Notes under the pieces: generated by a model
The model's database searches: none
Seen by the model: only the letters and a program-made list of their open reading frames with translations
What the model was told of the DNA's origin: nothing
In this document: positions 1-10,425 of the stretch, one piece after another
How positions within the stretch are numbered: position 1 is the first letter of the stretch
Layout of the letters: every line of letters begins with the position of its first letter
Source: an uncultured Alphaproteobacteria bacterium
GTDB lineage: Bacteria > Pseudomonadota > Alphaproteobacteria > HIMB59 > GCA-002718135
Assembly (NCBI GenBank): GCA_902595425.1
Contig: CACJPV010000003.1
Coordinates: 78,401-142,400, forward strand
Direction: 5' to 3'
Length of the DNA stretch: 64,000 bases
Made by a program: the position numbers and the translations under genes

Positions 1-485
1 AAAGGATGAAAAGACGTCATACAAGAGAAATGGCAATCGACTTTTGTAAAAAAGTATTATCAAAAAGAAAAGAAGCAACTTTTGGGGCTGATTTTATTGC
101 AGGCTTTCCGACTGAGACAGATGAAATGTTCAAAGATACTCTAGATTTAGTTGACAAATGTAATCTGACACATCTTCATGTCTTTCCTTATTCACCTCGT
201 AATAATACTCCTGCTGCACGCATGCCGCAAATTGACAAATCTGTAATCAAAAATAGAGCAAATATTTTGCGAAATAAGGGAATTCAAAAATTTAAAAAAC
301 TTATGAATAATAAAATTGGAGAAAAGGATTTAGTCTTAATAGAAAAAAGCCAAAACGAAAAGTCTATTGGCAAGGATCAAAATTTTTTTAATGTTATTCT
401 GGATGAAAAATTGAAAGAAGGAAATCTTGTGCCTTGTATTTATATTGGAGCGAATAATAATACATTACTTGCTAGGAGATTATGA
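1..485 (+). CDS. mtaB: tRNA methylthiotransferase MtaB (MiaB family), C-terminal part, truncated by window edge
   Basis: GADFIAGFPTET and HVFPYSPRNNTPAA radical-SAM methylthiotransferase motifs; mtaB-ftsY-yciB synteny of alphaproteobacteria. Confidence 0.85.
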   Translation, partial: RMKRRHTREMAIDFCKKVLSKRKEATFGADFIAGFPTETDEMFKDTLDLVDKCNLTHLHVFPYSPRNNTPAARMPQIDKSVIKNRANILRNKGIQKFKKLMNNKIGEKDLVLIEKSQNEKSIGKDQNFFNVILDEKLKEGNLVPCIYIGANNNTLLARRL

Positions 486-1396
486 GTCTATTTTCTAAAT
501 TTAAAAACAATCTTAAAAAAACATCAAATTTTTTATCTTCTAATATACTTAACTCTTTTCAGAGCAAAAAAGTTGATACCAAAACTTTAGAAGAATTGGA
601 GTCTGTTTTAATCTCTGCTGATATAAGTTTAGATGTAGTGGAAAAATTGATAAATTCAGTACGTAAAATTAAAACATCAGAGCTAGATATAACAACTACG
701 ATTCTTGAAACATTAGCTAAAGAAATTGAAAATATACTTCAACCTAGAGAGGGAAAAATATTTGAAGTAAATGACCAAACTTCAAAAATTCTAATATTTA
801 TTGGTGTTAATGGAAGTGGCAAAACTACAACCATAGGCAAAATTGCAAGTCAAATAAGAAATGAAAAAAAAATCTTAATTGCGGCTTGTGATACATTTAG
901 GGCAGCAGCTATAGATCAATTAAAAAATTGGGCAAATAAAAGTAATAATGATTTTTTTTCAGGAAATACCAACCAAGATCCTGCCAGTGTTGCTTTTCAA
1001 GCTACTGAAAAATTTAATAAAGAAAATTACAATTATCTAATCATTGATACAGCAGGAAGATTATCTAATAATACAAATTTAGTAAATCAATTAGTTAAGA
1101 TAAAAAATGTTGTCTCAAAAATTGATCCCAAAACTAAAGTTGAAACAATTCTAGTTTTAGATGGTACCAATGGTTCAAATATGATCAAGCAAGTTGAAAT
1201 ATTTGGCAAAGAATTAAATGTTTCAAGTATAATTATCACAAAATTAGATGGTACTGCCAAAGGTGGCGCCTTAATTTCAATTGCAAATAAATACGAAATA
1301 CCTATAAGCTACATCGGTCTTGGAGAAAAACCTGAAGATTTGGCGGAGTTTAGTGCTAGAAGCTTTGCAAGATCTATATTAGATTTGGAAGCATAA
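482..1396 (+). CDS. ftsY: Signal recognition particle receptor FtsY
   Basis: GVNGSGKTTT, DTFRAAA, DTAGR and TKLDGTAKGG SRP-GTPase motifs. Confidence 0.97.
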   Translation: MSLFSKFKNNLKKTSNFLSSNILNSFQSKKVDTKTLEELESVLISADISLDVVEKLINSVRKIKTSELDITTTILETLAKEIENILQPREGKIFEVNDQTSKILIFIGVNGSGKTTTIGKIASQIRNEKKILIAACDTFRAAAIDQLKNWANKSNNDFFSGNTNQDPASVAFQATEKFNKENYNYLIIDTAGRLSNNTNLVNQLVKIKNVVSKIDPKTKVETILVLDGTNGSNMIKQVEIFGKELNVSSIIITKLDGTAKGGALISIANKYEIPISYIGLGEKPEDLAEFSARSFARSILDLEA

Positions 1397-1397
1397 C

Positions 1398-1937
1398 ATG
1401 AAATCAATCTATAAACTTTTAATTGATATAGGGCCATTAGCTGTATTTTTTATATTCTATACAAAGAGTGGCTTACAAGCATCAATTTTACCTCTAATGA
1501 TAGCAACTGTAATTGCAGTTTTATTTTCTTACATTCTAGAAAAAAAAATACCTATGATGCCAACGGTTGGGGCTGGAATAGTTTTAATTTTTGGTGGGTT
1601 AACAATTTATTTTGATAATGAAATTTTTATTAAAATGAAACCTACCATCATTAATTTAGTTTTTGCAGTAATTCTCTATGGCGGTATACTTGTAAAAAAA
1701 CCCCTACTTAAAATATTACTTGGTGCAGCACTAAAGCTTGAAGAAGAAGGGTGGAGAAAACTAACTCACCGCTGGATAGGTTTTTTTATTGCGCTTGCAA
1801 TCCTTAATGAAATTGTATGGAGAACACAGTCAACAGATATATGGGTAAATTTTAAAGTTTTTGGAATTATACCAATAACTTTTATTTTTACGATGACTCA
1901 ATTTCCATTAATAAAAAAATATCAAATTGAGGATTAA
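1398..1937 (+). CDS. yciB: Inner membrane septation protein A (YciB/IspZ)
   Basis: FIKMKPTI and WVNFKVFG motifs, about 5 TM segments. Confidence 0.93.
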   Translation: MKSIYKLLIDIGPLAVFFIFYTKSGLQASILPLMIATVIAVLFSYILEKKIPMMPTVGAGIVLIFGGLTIYFDNEIFIKMKPTIINLVFAVILYGGILVKKPLLKILLGAALKLEEEGWRKLTHRWIGFFIALAILNEIVWRTQSTDIWVNFKVFGIIPITFIFTMTQFPLIKKYQIED

Positions 1938-3130
1938 CTTAAATTATTTTCTCTTAACGCAATAATTCCTGGAGATTGATTGCCTTCCAACCATTCTAAA
2001 AAGGCACCACCTGCATTAGAGATATAATCAAAACCATCTTCAGCATTTGCATTCTTGATTGCAGAAACAGTATCACCTCCTCCAGCAAGAGCGTTTATAC
2101 CAAATTTGTTTGCATTTATTTTTATATTAATAGCAATTTCATTTGTTGCTTTATCATATGGTTTGTATTCAAATGCCCCAACTGGACCATTCCATAAAAC
2201 CATTTTTGAATTTTTAATTTCTTCATTAATTAAGGCAGTAGTTTTTGTTCCTAAATCTAAAATCATATAGTTTTGAGCAATATCATTAATATCAAATTCT
2301 GTGGGTTCTTTGTCTTCAATACTTTTTCCACAAACCACATCAAGAGGAAGTATTATTTTACAATTGAACTGAATGGCCTTTTTTTGAATATCTCTTGCCA
2401 AATCAACTAAATCTTTTTCAACTAAGGATTTACTTACTTTTATATCTTTTGATAATAAGAATGTATTAGCCATGGCTCCACCAATAACAAGACAGTTAAA
2501 CTGTTTTATCAAATTATTTAACAAGTTAATTTTGGTTGAAATCTTTGACCCTCCAACAATAGCTAAATTTGGTTTTTTTGATTTTTCTAGAAACATGTTT
2601 ATGTTTTCTATTTCTTTGATTAGGTGATTTCCAGCAACAGCTGGAATATATTTTGCAAAGCCAATAATTGATGTATGATTTCTGTGGGAAGCAGAAAAAG
2701 CATCGTTTACGTAAACATCAAATAAACCACTAATATTTTTTGCAAAATCCCAGTCTATTTTTTCTTCACCTTTTTCAAATCTAATATTTTCAACAAGACA
2801 CACTTCACCTGGATTCATCTCATCAATTTTTTTATCTATATTTTCTTCTTGAAGGTTTTTTAAAAAGTGAATTTTTTCGACTTCTAGAATTTCTGCCAGT
2901 GGTGAAAGAATAAATTTCAAAGAATACTTTTTAATTACTTCTCCTTTAGGTCTTCCAAAATGAGCTAAAATAAAAATCTTATTTTTATTTTCAACAAGGT
3001 TTTCTATAGATGATTTTATTGCTAAAATTCTTGATAAGTCTGTAATTGCCCCATCTACTAAAGGAACATTTAAATCGGCTCTAAATAATACCTTTTTACC
3101 TTTTACTTTGTAATTAATAAGATTTTTCAT
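1934..3130 (-). CDS. pgk: Phosphoglycerate kinase
   Basis: RADLNVP, HFGRPKG, ENIRF, NDAFSASHR, WNGPVG, GGGDT motifs. Confidence 0.97.
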   Translation of the reverse strand: MKNLINYKVKGKKVLFRADLNVPLVDGAITDLSRILAIKSSIENLVENKNKIFILAHFGRPKGEVIKKYSLKFILSPLAEILEVEKIHFLKNLQEENIDKKIDEMNPGEVCLVENIRFEKGEEKIDWDFAKNISGLFDVYVNDAFSASHRNHTSIIGFAKYIPAVAGNHLIKEIENINMFLEKSKKPNLAIVGGSKISTKINLLNNLIKQFNCLVIGGAMANTFLLSKDIKVSKSLVEKDLVDLARDIQKKAIQFNCKIILPLDVVCGKSIEDKEPTEFDINDIAQNYMILDLGTKTTALINEEIKNSKMVLWNGPVGAFEYKPYDKATNEIAINIKINANKFGINALAGGGDTVSAIKNANAEDGFDYISNAGGAFLEWLEGNQSPGIIALRENNLS

Positions 3131-3210
3131 TTTTTTTGATAAATTCTATAAAAAATACATGTTATTTATTGGTTTTTTATAAAAAATCCCAGTTTTTTCT
3201 TTAAGTAGTT

Positions 3211-3253
3211 ATATATTTAGTATAGTAGTGTTACCAAATACTACTATATGTAG
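3211..3253. promoter_or_regulatory. Inverted repeat and NrdR-box-like sites upstream of gcrA
   Basis: Perfect 9-bp IR TATAGTAGT(3221-3229)-N10-ACTACTATA(3240-3248); CTATATGTAG (3244-3253) matches the CwAtATaTwG NrdR core 9/10, with a weaker copy at 3211-3220. Confidence 0.35.
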
Positions 3254-3273
3254 ATAGTTAAAAAGGAAAAATT

Positions 3274-3747
3274 ATGCCTTGGGATGACAATAATGTTTCA
3301 AAACTAAGAGAATTATGGGATCAAGGGCTTCCTACAGCTCAAATAGGAAAACTTCTTGGTTTTACAAAAAATGCTGTAGTTGGAAAAGCGCATAGAATTG
3401 GACTTGAAAGAAGACCGTCTCCTATAAGGCGCACGGCAGTAAAGCCAGATAGAAAAAAAGCAAGATCACCAATTACTCCTAAATTGAATTTTGAGGTTGA
3501 AAAAGATAAAACTAAAGAAAGTAATCTCAATCAAGGAATTTTTCAACCAGCAGTAAAAAATTTATTCTCTAACAATACAAAAAGAGGCTGTGAATGGCCT
3601 GAAGGACATCCAGATGAGTCTGATTTTAAATTTTGTGGCAAAGAAAGATTTGATGATAAGCCATATTGTATTGAACATTGTGCAGTTGCATACATCATTC
3701 CTGATAAGGAAGAGTCAGACAAACAAAATATATCTCAGAGAGCCTAA
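3274..3747 (+). CDS. gcrA: GcrA cell-cycle regulator
   Basis: N-terminal W..LRELW..G....QI......TKNAVVGKAHRIGL and C-terminal CEWP.G.P....F.FCG...PYC..H motifs; AAAGGAA SD. Confidence 0.92.
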   Translation: MPWDDNNVSKLRELWDQGLPTAQIGKLLGFTKNAVVGKAHRIGLERRPSPIRRTAVKPDRKKARSPITPKLNFEVEKDKTKESNLNQGIFQPAVKNLFSNNTKRGCEWPEGHPDESDFKFCGKERFDDKPYCIEHCAVAYIIPDKEESDKQNISQRA

Positions 3748-3797
3748 TTTTTTAATAGATTTGTTTTCTTAAATTGCTACCTTCATAAAATAATTTT

Positions 3798-5048
3798 ATG
3801 AAAAATAAAAATAATACGAATATTTTTACACCTGTTCTTATTGGTGGAAGTTTAATTTTATTAATTAGTTTTGCTATACGTTCAACTTTTGGTCTTTTTC
3901 AAATACCTATAGCTGATCAATTTTTGTGGGCAAGATCAGAATTTTCAATGGCTATAGCTATTCAAAATCTAGCTTGGGGAATTGGAACTCCTATCTTTAG
4001 TGCTTTTGCTGAAAAGTTTGGAGATCGTAAAGCAATAACTTTAGGATTGATTTTATATGCAATTGGAGTTTTTGTTAGCAGTTCAGCATCGTCGCCTGAA
4101 GCACATCAATTTCTTAATATTTTAATTGGTTTTGGAATTGCTGGGAGCGGATTTGGACCGATACTTGCAGTGGTTGGAAGAACTGCAGCGCCCGATAAAA
4201 GATCTCTAGCTTTAGGCATTACAACAGCTGCAGGATCTGCAGGGCAAGTTATTGGACCACCATTTGCTGCTGGTCTTCTTAATATTATGCCTTGGTCTTC
4301 TGTTTTTATTATCTTTGCAATTATTAGTATTCTAACAATTTTATTGGTTCCTCTTTTAAAGTCAGAGCCAATTATCACAAAAAAAGAAGTAGAAGCAAAC
4401 TTAACTGATGCTCTTAAAGATGCTTTTAAAGATCCAACCTATACTATGCTTTTCTTAGGTTTTTTTTCATGTGGTTTTCAATTAGCTTTCATTACAGCTC
4501 ATTTTCCTGCTTTTATAGCAGAGGCAAGTAGTCCAATTATTCAAGGGAGTCTAATTAGTTTAGTTTGTAATTCAGTAACATCACTAGGAGCTTTATCAAT
4601 TGCCCTTATTGGATTGTTTAATATAATTGGCTCAATTACAGCAGGCGCGATGGGAAAATTTTACACAAAAAAATATTTATTATCGTTGATATATACAGGT
4701 AGAACAATTGCAGCGATTGCATTTATAATGTTACCAATTACACCAACTTCGGTAGTAATATTTTCAATAGTAATGGGCTCTCTGTGGCTCGCAACAGTTC
4801 CATTAACATCAGGAATAATTGGTTACATTTATGGTTTAAAATTTATGGGTACTCTCTACGGGATAGTTTTTTTATCTCATCAAATTGGCTCTTTTGTAGG
4901 AGTATGGTTGGGTGGTTTATTTTATGATATTTATGGAAGTTACGATATTGTCTGGTGGGTTGGAATAGGTGTTGGTGCTTTTTCAGCTATAATTCATTTA
5001 CCTGTTAAGGAAATACCTCTTACAGATAGAAAATACAAATTAGCTTAA
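3798..5048 (+). CDS. MFS transporter
   Basis: About 12 TM helices; AEKFGDRK loop motif; FFSCGFQLAFITAHFP. Confidence 0.9.
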   Translation: MKNKNNTNIFTPVLIGGSLILLISFAIRSTFGLFQIPIADQFLWARSEFSMAIAIQNLAWGIGTPIFSAFAEKFGDRKAITLGLILYAIGVFVSSSASSPEAHQFLNILIGFGIAGSGFGPILAVVGRTAAPDKRSLALGITTAAGSAGQVIGPPFAAGLLNIMPWSSVFIIFAIISILTILLVPLLKSEPIITKKEVEANLTDALKDAFKDPTYTMLFLGFFSCGFQLAFITAHFPAFIAEASSPIIQGSLISLVCNSVTSLGALSIALIGLFNIIGSITAGAMGKFYTKKYLLSLIYTGRTIAAIAFIMLPITPTSVVIFSIVMGSLWLATVPLTSGIIGYIYGLKFMGTLYGIVFLSHQIGSFVGVWLGGLFYDIYGSYDIVWWVGIGVGAFSAIIHLPVKEIPLTDRKYKLA

Positions 5049-5061
5049 TCAAAAAAATAAA

Positions 5062-5697
5062 TTGTCTAAATATTTAATTTTAAAAAATAATTCAAATCAG
5101 ACTCTGGTTTATTATCCTGTTCCCAAAAACGCAAATACATCTGCAAAACTCTTCATTGCAAAACATTTAAAAATAGATGATCGCTTTATATTCATTGGCG
5201 ATAAGATACCTAGGTATTTACAAAAAAGAGAGGATCTGCAGTCAAAGGAATCTATAGTGAGGTTTTTGCCCTCTAAGCAAAAATTTAAAAAAGTAAATGC
5301 TGACTTTAAATGTTGTATTGTTAGGAATCCAATTAAAAGATTTCTATCAGCATATAAAAATAGAATATTGTATCACAAAGATAAATTATTTTATAATCAT
5401 TCTATAGATCAAATACTAGAAAAGTTAGCGCAAAGAAGTTTTGAAAATCCACATTTTCTCCCTCAAGTATATTTCCTTGGAAATGACATTGAATATTATA
5501 ATTTTTATTGTGACGTTGATGAAATTAATAAATTTGAAATATTTATAAATAATTTTTTTAATCAAAAAATTAATTTTCCAAAAATTCAAACTGGCTCAAC
5601 AAAAGACGATATAATTTTAACAAAAAAACAAATTAAACAATTAGAGGAAATTTATGAAGAAGATTTTAGGTTAGTCTCTTCATTAAAAAATAATTAG
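5062..5697 (+). CDS. Sulfotransferase family 2 protein
   Basis: PKNANTS (5'-PSB loop), VRNPIKRFLSAY (3'-PB) and HFLPQ motifs; TTG start. Confidence 0.8.
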   Translation: MSKYLILKNNSNQTLVYYPVPKNANTSAKLFIAKHLKIDDRFIFIGDKIPRYLQKREDLQSKESIVRFLPSKQKFKKVNADFKCCIVRNPIKRFLSAYKNRILYHKDKLFYNHSIDQILEKLAQRSFENPHFLPQVYFLGNDIEYYNFYCDVDEINKFEIFINNFFNQKINFPKIQTGSTKDDIILTKKQIKQLEEIYEEDFRLVSSLKNN

Positions 5698-5766
5698 ATA
5701 CACAATTTGTGGTCACCTTTAAGATTGTTACTATTAATTTTTTTGATTTAATGTATTTATTTTTGT

Positions 5767-6465
5767 ATGAAAAAAGTTGCTGCCTTTATTGCTTCAGGAA
5801 CTGGAATTGGTGCTGGTGCGGCAATACATTTATCCTCTAAAGGTTATCAAATAGCTATAATGTCTTCATCAGGCAAAGGACAAGAACTAGCAAAACAATT
5901 AAATGGATTAGGTTATACAGGTTCTAATTTAGTTAGAGAAAATATTGAAGATTTTTTTCAAAAAATTTTAGATCGATATGGAAGAATCGATGTTTTGATT
6001 AACAGTGCCGGTCATGGGCCTAAAGGGGATATTTTAAATTTAAAAGATGAAGATTGGCAAAAAGGAATGGAGGTTTATCTATTAAATGTCATAAGAGCAT
6101 CTAGAATTGTAACTCCATTAATGCAAAAACAAAAAAATGGCTCAATTATAAATATTTCTACTTTTGCAACTTTTGAACCTGATGAAAATTTTCCAACATC
6201 AAGTGTTTTTAGAGCCGGTTTAGCTTCATTTGCAAAACTTTATGCTAAAAAATACGCAAAGGATAATATTAGAATGAATAATATTTTGCCTGGATTTATC
6301 GACAGCTTACCTGAAAAAGCAGAATTCCTAGAGCGCATTCCTCTTAAACGGTATGGCAAGGTAAGTGAAATTTCAACCGTTATTGAAATGTTAGCTTCTG
6401 ATGGTGGTGCTTATATTACTGGACAGAATATACGTGTTGATGGTGGAATCACACACTCTGTCTAG
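5767..6465 (+). CDS. Short-chain dehydrogenase/reductase (SDR)
   Basis: GTGIG nucleotide-binding loop, INSAG, NNILPG, ITGQNIRVDGG. Confidence 0.9.
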   Translation: MKKVAAFIASGTGIGAGAAIHLSSKGYQIAIMSSSGKGQELAKQLNGLGYTGSNLVRENIEDFFQKILDRYGRIDVLINSAGHGPKGDILNLKDEDWQKGMEVYLLNVIRASRIVTPLMQKQKNGSIINISTFATFEPDENFPTSSVFRAGLASFAKLYAKKYAKDNIRMNNILPGFIDSLPEKAEFLERIPLKRYGKVSEISTVIEMLASDGGAYITGQNIRVDGGITHSV

Positions 6466-6474
6466 ATAATAAAA

Positions 6475-7269
6475 ATGAATAAACTTAGTTATAAAAAAAT
6501 ATTATCAAAAAAAAACAAAATGCCAATTACTTGCTTAACTGCTTACTCAAAACCAATTGCAAAAATATTAGATGGAGAAGTTGATTTAATACTTATTGGA
6601 GACTCACTTGGTACAACTGTTTACGGAATGAAAAACACAAGAGGTGTTACACTTGATATGATGAAAAATCATGGAAGGGCTGTAGTAAAAAATACAAAAT
6701 TCTCAATGACTGTCGTTGATATGCCATACAACACTTATCGAAATAAAAAAGAAGCTTTAAACAATGCTAATATATTGATTAATTTCACAAAAGCTAATTT
6801 TGTAAAAATTGAAACAGATAATAAAACAATCGATATAGTAAAATATTTAACAGATAATAAAATTAATGTTGTTTCTCATATAGGAGTAACCCCTCAACAG
6901 TTCGTGAATTTTAAAAAGATTAAAAGTGTTGGTAAACAAAATGAAGATAGAAAAAAACTACTAGAATTAGCAACTCAACTTGAGCAAGCAGGTTCGAAAC
7001 TCATTGTGCTAGAATGTATAAATCAATTAACAGCAAAAAAAATAACAAATATATTATCAATTCCAACAATTGGAATTGGCTCCTCTAAACATTGTGATGG
7101 ACAAGTTTTAGTCATTGATGATATTTTAAATTTTAATTCAGATATTAAAAAACCAAAATTTGTAAAAAACTTTACTAATATTGAAGAAAATATCTCTAAA
7201 GCTGTAAAAAAATTTGCTATAACTGTTAAAAATAAAAAATTTCCACAGCAAAAACACTCTTATAAATAA
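6475..7269 (+). CDS. panB: 3-methyl-2-oxobutanoate hydroxymethyltransferase
   Basis: CLTAY, LIGDSLG, VVDMPY, HIGVTPQ, PTIGIG..CDGQVLV. Confidence 0.95.
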   Translation: MNKLSYKKILSKKNKMPITCLTAYSKPIAKILDGEVDLILIGDSLGTTVYGMKNTRGVTLDMMKNHGRAVVKNTKFSMTVVDMPYNTYRNKKEALNNANILINFTKANFVKIETDNKTIDIVKYLTDNKINVVSHIGVTPQQFVNFKKIKSVGKQNEDRKKLLELATQLEQAGSKLIVLECINQLTAKKITNILSIPTIGIGSSKHCDGQVLVIDDILNFNSDIKKPKFVKNFTNIEENISKAVKKFAITVKNKKFPQQKHSYK

Positions 7270-7285
7270 TTAATTTTCAATTTAT

Positions 7286-7906
7286 TTAAATTTTTAATGA
7301 TTTTATATCCCCTGAACTAATATTATATATTAAACCATAAATAGAAAGTTTTTTATTTTTTACCATTTTTTTCACTATTGGAAATTCTAACAAATTATAA
7401 ACAGATACTCTAACATTTTCTTCTTCTAAAAAATTAATTTGGTTTTTCACAGATAGTGTTTTTGGAACATTTTTATATGCAGCACTGAGGTTAGCTAACC
7501 AACTATTTATAAATTTATAATTTTTGTTTGGTCCTTTTAAATAATGAGAGTAACCAGTTTTGATACCTCCACAATTTGTGTGTCCTAAAACAATAAAATT
7601 TGGCACTTTTAATACTTTTACTGCATACTCTATTGCAGCAAAAGTAGAATGATCGGTTTTTAATGATTTATATGATGGTATTATGTTTGCAATATTACGA
7701 TGTATAAAAAAATCTCCTTCTTTAGCGCCAAAAATTGAGGCAACATTAACTCTTGAATCACAGCATGAAACAATCATTGCTTTAGGTTTTTGTCCAGACT
7801 TCGCAAGTTTTTCAATTTTACTTTTATTTCGTAAATAAGAAGTGGATTTCCATGAATTATATCTTTTAATTAAAAATCTTGGCAAAAGGATTTTTTTATT
7901 TGTCAT
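7286..7906 (-). CDS. can: Beta-class carbonic anhydrase
   Basis: CCDSRV, RNIAN and GHTNCGG Zn-ligand motifs. Confidence 0.93.
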   Translation of the reverse strand: MTNKKILLPRFLIKRYNSWKSTSYLRNKSKIEKLAKSGQKPKAMIVSCCDSRVNVASIFGAKEGDFFIHRNIANIIPSYKSLKTDHSTFAAIEYAVKVLKVPNFIVLGHTNCGGIKTGYSHYLKGPNKNYKFINSWLANLSAAYKNVPKTLSVKNQINFLEEENVRVSVYNLLEFPIVKKMVKNKKLSIYGLIYNISSGDIKSLKI

Positions 7907-8001
7907 AAATATTTCAAAAAAAACAACTTATATCAACTAATTATTGTAGGCAAGTAATTAGAGGTATAATTAGCATTTGTTTTATTAAATAAAATTTGAT
8001 T

Positions 8002-8988
8002 ATGAAAGATATAATTGAACGAAAATTTTGTGTTGCTCCTATGATGGGATACACAACTCCATATGCAAGAAATCTTTATAGAATATTATCAAAAAAAGCT
8101 TTTTTATTTTCAGAAATGATTGCTACTAAAACTTTGATTCACTCTAAAAACACTCAATCAATAATAGCAAATGAGAATCAAAATCCAATTGCGCTACAAG
8201 TTGGCGGTTCTGAATATCTTGATTTAAAAAAATGCGCAAGAATAGCTTATGAATTAAACTATAATGAGATTAATTTAAATGTTGGATGTCCAAGTAAGGC
8301 TGTCCAAAAAGGAAGTTTTGGAGCATGTTTAATGCAAGATAAGATTTTAGTTAGAAATTGCTTGAACTCTATGCAAATAAATAAAAACATAGATGTTACA
8401 ATCAAATGTAGGATTGGAATTGGAAAAAATTTCAATTATGATTATTTTGAAGAGTTTATTGATGAAGTTTTAAAAAGTGGTATCAAAATTGTTTATGTTC
8501 ATGCAAGAAATGCCATCTTAAATGGTTTTAGTCCAAAAGAAAATAGAAATATTCCACCATTAAATTATGATTTTGTAAAAAAAATAAAAAATAAGTTTCC
8601 TCAGACTACTTTTATATTAAACGGAGGAATAGACTCTATTGAAAAAGCTATTGTGATGTCAAAAATATATGATGGTATAATGGTTGGAAGATTAATTCAA
8701 AACAACCCTTTTTGTTTGAAAAATGTTGATAGATTATTTTATAATAAACAAAATTCATATACTGTTACAGAAGATACGATTATTGAATATTTTGATTATA
8801 TAAAACCAAAATTAGGCACTGACAGTATTTATAGATTATTAAGCCCTTTATTAAATATATTTTTTGGTATTGCGAATGGAAAAAAATTCAAGATTGATGT
8901 TCATTCCAATATGAAAAATAATAATTTTGATAAACTAGAAAAAATATTTCTCAGTTTTGTTAGAGAGAAAAGTTTATTAATAAATTAA
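8002..8988 (+). CDS. dusA: tRNA-dihydrouridine synthase DusA
   Basis: APMMGYT, NLNVGCPS..VQKGSFGACLM, KCRIG, HARNA, NR.IPPL.Y; ATG at 8002 preferred over TTG at 7996. Confidence 0.92.
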   Translation: MKDIIERKFCVAPMMGYTTPYARNLYRILSKKAFLFSEMIATKTLIHSKNTQSIIANENQNPIALQVGGSEYLDLKKCARIAYELNYNEINLNVGCPSKAVQKGSFGACLMQDKILVRNCLNSMQINKNIDVTIKCRIGIGKNFNYDYFEEFIDEVLKSGIKIVYVHARNAILNGFSPKENRNIPPLNYDFVKKIKNKFPQTTFILNGGIDSIEKAIVMSKIYDGIMVGRLIQNNPFCLKNVDRLFYNKQNSYTVTEDTIIEYFDYIKPKLGTDSIYRLLSPLLNIFFGIANGKKFKIDVHSNMKNNNFDKLEKIFLSFVREKSLLIN

Positions 8989-9515
8989 AAAGGTTTTTGG
9001 TATGACAAACTTATGATTTCCACACCAGGGTTTTTATCTCCAATATTAGCATTTGATATATGACTTATAGAAACACCAATTCTGTCTCTATTTTTCAATT
9101 GGTAACTAAATTCTAAACCAGTTCTAAACTCTATTTTATTACCAAGTTTTTTTCCATCTCCATCATCGTAATATCCCAAACCAAAACTTGGTGTAATATG
9201 CCAGTTATTTTCATTCCCAGATGCTAATTCACCAAGGTTGTCCTCTAAATATATTCCACTAATAAAATAATAAGCATTGTCAGAAGTCACTTCAATACCT
9301 GCAAATGGTTTTAAATAAAAAAAGTTATCTTCTGCAGGACCTATATCAAATAGTGTATAATCAAATCTTCTTTCATATCTTAGGTCTGTTGCATGATCTG
9401 AACTTGATCCATCAAATTTGATATCGTAAATACCAACGCCAAATACATTATAGCCTTCTGCAAAAGCAATTTGGGTTTTTAAGACAAAAAAAACAAATAC
9501 TAAAATTTTAAGCAT
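8985..9515 (-). CDS. PagL-like lipid A 3-O-deacylase / acyloxyacyl hydrolase outer-membrane protein
   Basis: Signal peptide; LG..IEFRTG.E and HISNA.I..KNPG motifs; C-terminal Phe. Confidence 0.8.
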   Translation of the reverse strand: MLKILVFVFFVLKTQIAFAEGYNVFGVGIYDIKFDGSSSDHATDLRYERRFDYTLFDIGPAEDNFFYLKPFAGIEVTSDNAYYFISGIYLEDNLGELASGNENNWHITPSFGLGYYDDGDGKKLGNKIEFRTGLEFSYQLKNRDRIGVSISHISNANIGDKNPGVEIISLSYQKPF

Positions 9516-9546
9516 GTCTTTTGTTTATTTTAAAGGCATGAAATTT

Positions 9547-10413
9547 TCAAATAAAAAATTCTTTATTCTGTTGAGAAATATCCAGAATAGAGTTTTTAAG
9601 TTTTTCAAGCGCCTTTGTTTCTATCTGTCTTACCCTTTCTTTACTAATTTTTAATATTTTACCTAATTCATCAAGCGTTACACTTTTTTCTCTAAGTTTT
9701 CTAAGCTGGATGATTGTTCTCTCCCTTTCGCTGAGAGATAAAATAGCTTTTTCAATAAACATTTTTTTTAATTTTCCATCACTAAACTCTTCTACAACTT
9801 CCTCTGGATTAGGTCGCTCATCATTTAATAGATTCATAAAATCATTTTCAGATTCATCATCTATCTTTTGATTAAGGTAAACATCTCCCCCACTCAACCT
9901 AGATTCCATATTTTGAACCTCAAAAGTTTTGACATTTAACATCTCAGAAACTTTATTAATTTCATTCTGCCCCATATATTCAGAAGAAACATCAGAAATT
10001 TGCTGCTTAATTTTTCTTAAATTAAAAAAAAGAGCTTTTTGAGAAGCTGTGGAACCTGTTTTTACTACTGACCAATTTTTTAAAATATAATCTTGAATGG
10101 ACGCTCTAATCCACCATGATGCATAAGTTGAGAGCCTAAAACCTTTAGATACGTCAAATTTTTCTATTGCATGCATAATGCCGAGCACGCCTTCATGAAT
10201 AAGGTCATCTAATTGCAATCCATAATTTTTATATTTTTTAGCATAAGAAACCGCAAGTCTTAGATATGAGTTCAATATTATTTGAAGAGATTTTTCTTCA
10301 CGATTATTTCTCCAATTTTCAATATGATAAAACTCTTCATCTTTTTCAAGAATTTTTGTTTTTCTTGAAAAATCTGCTAAATTATTAGTTAAAGACGGTA
10401 TTTTATCAATCAT
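9547..10413 (-). CDS. rpoH2: RNA polymerase sigma-32 family factor (RpoH2-like)
   Basis: DLIHEG, GFRLSTYASWWIRASIQDY, RpoH box QKALFFNLR, SKERVRQIE; located in the carD-fdxA cluster. Confidence 0.85.
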   Translation of the reverse strand: MIDKIPSLTNNLADFSRKTKILEKDEEFYHIENWRNNREEKSLQIILNSYLRLAVSYAKKYKNYGLQLDDLIHEGVLGIMHAIEKFDVSKGFRLSTYASWWIRASIQDYILKNWSVVKTGSTASQKALFFNLRKIKQQISDVSSEYMGQNEINKVSEMLNVKTFEVQNMESRLSGGDVYLNQKIDDESENDFMNLLNDERPNPEEVVEEFSDGKLKKMFIEKAILSLSERERTIIQLRKLREKSVTLDELGKILKISKERVRQIETKALEKLKNSILDISQQNKEFFI

Positions 10414-10425
10414 ACTATCTATTTG

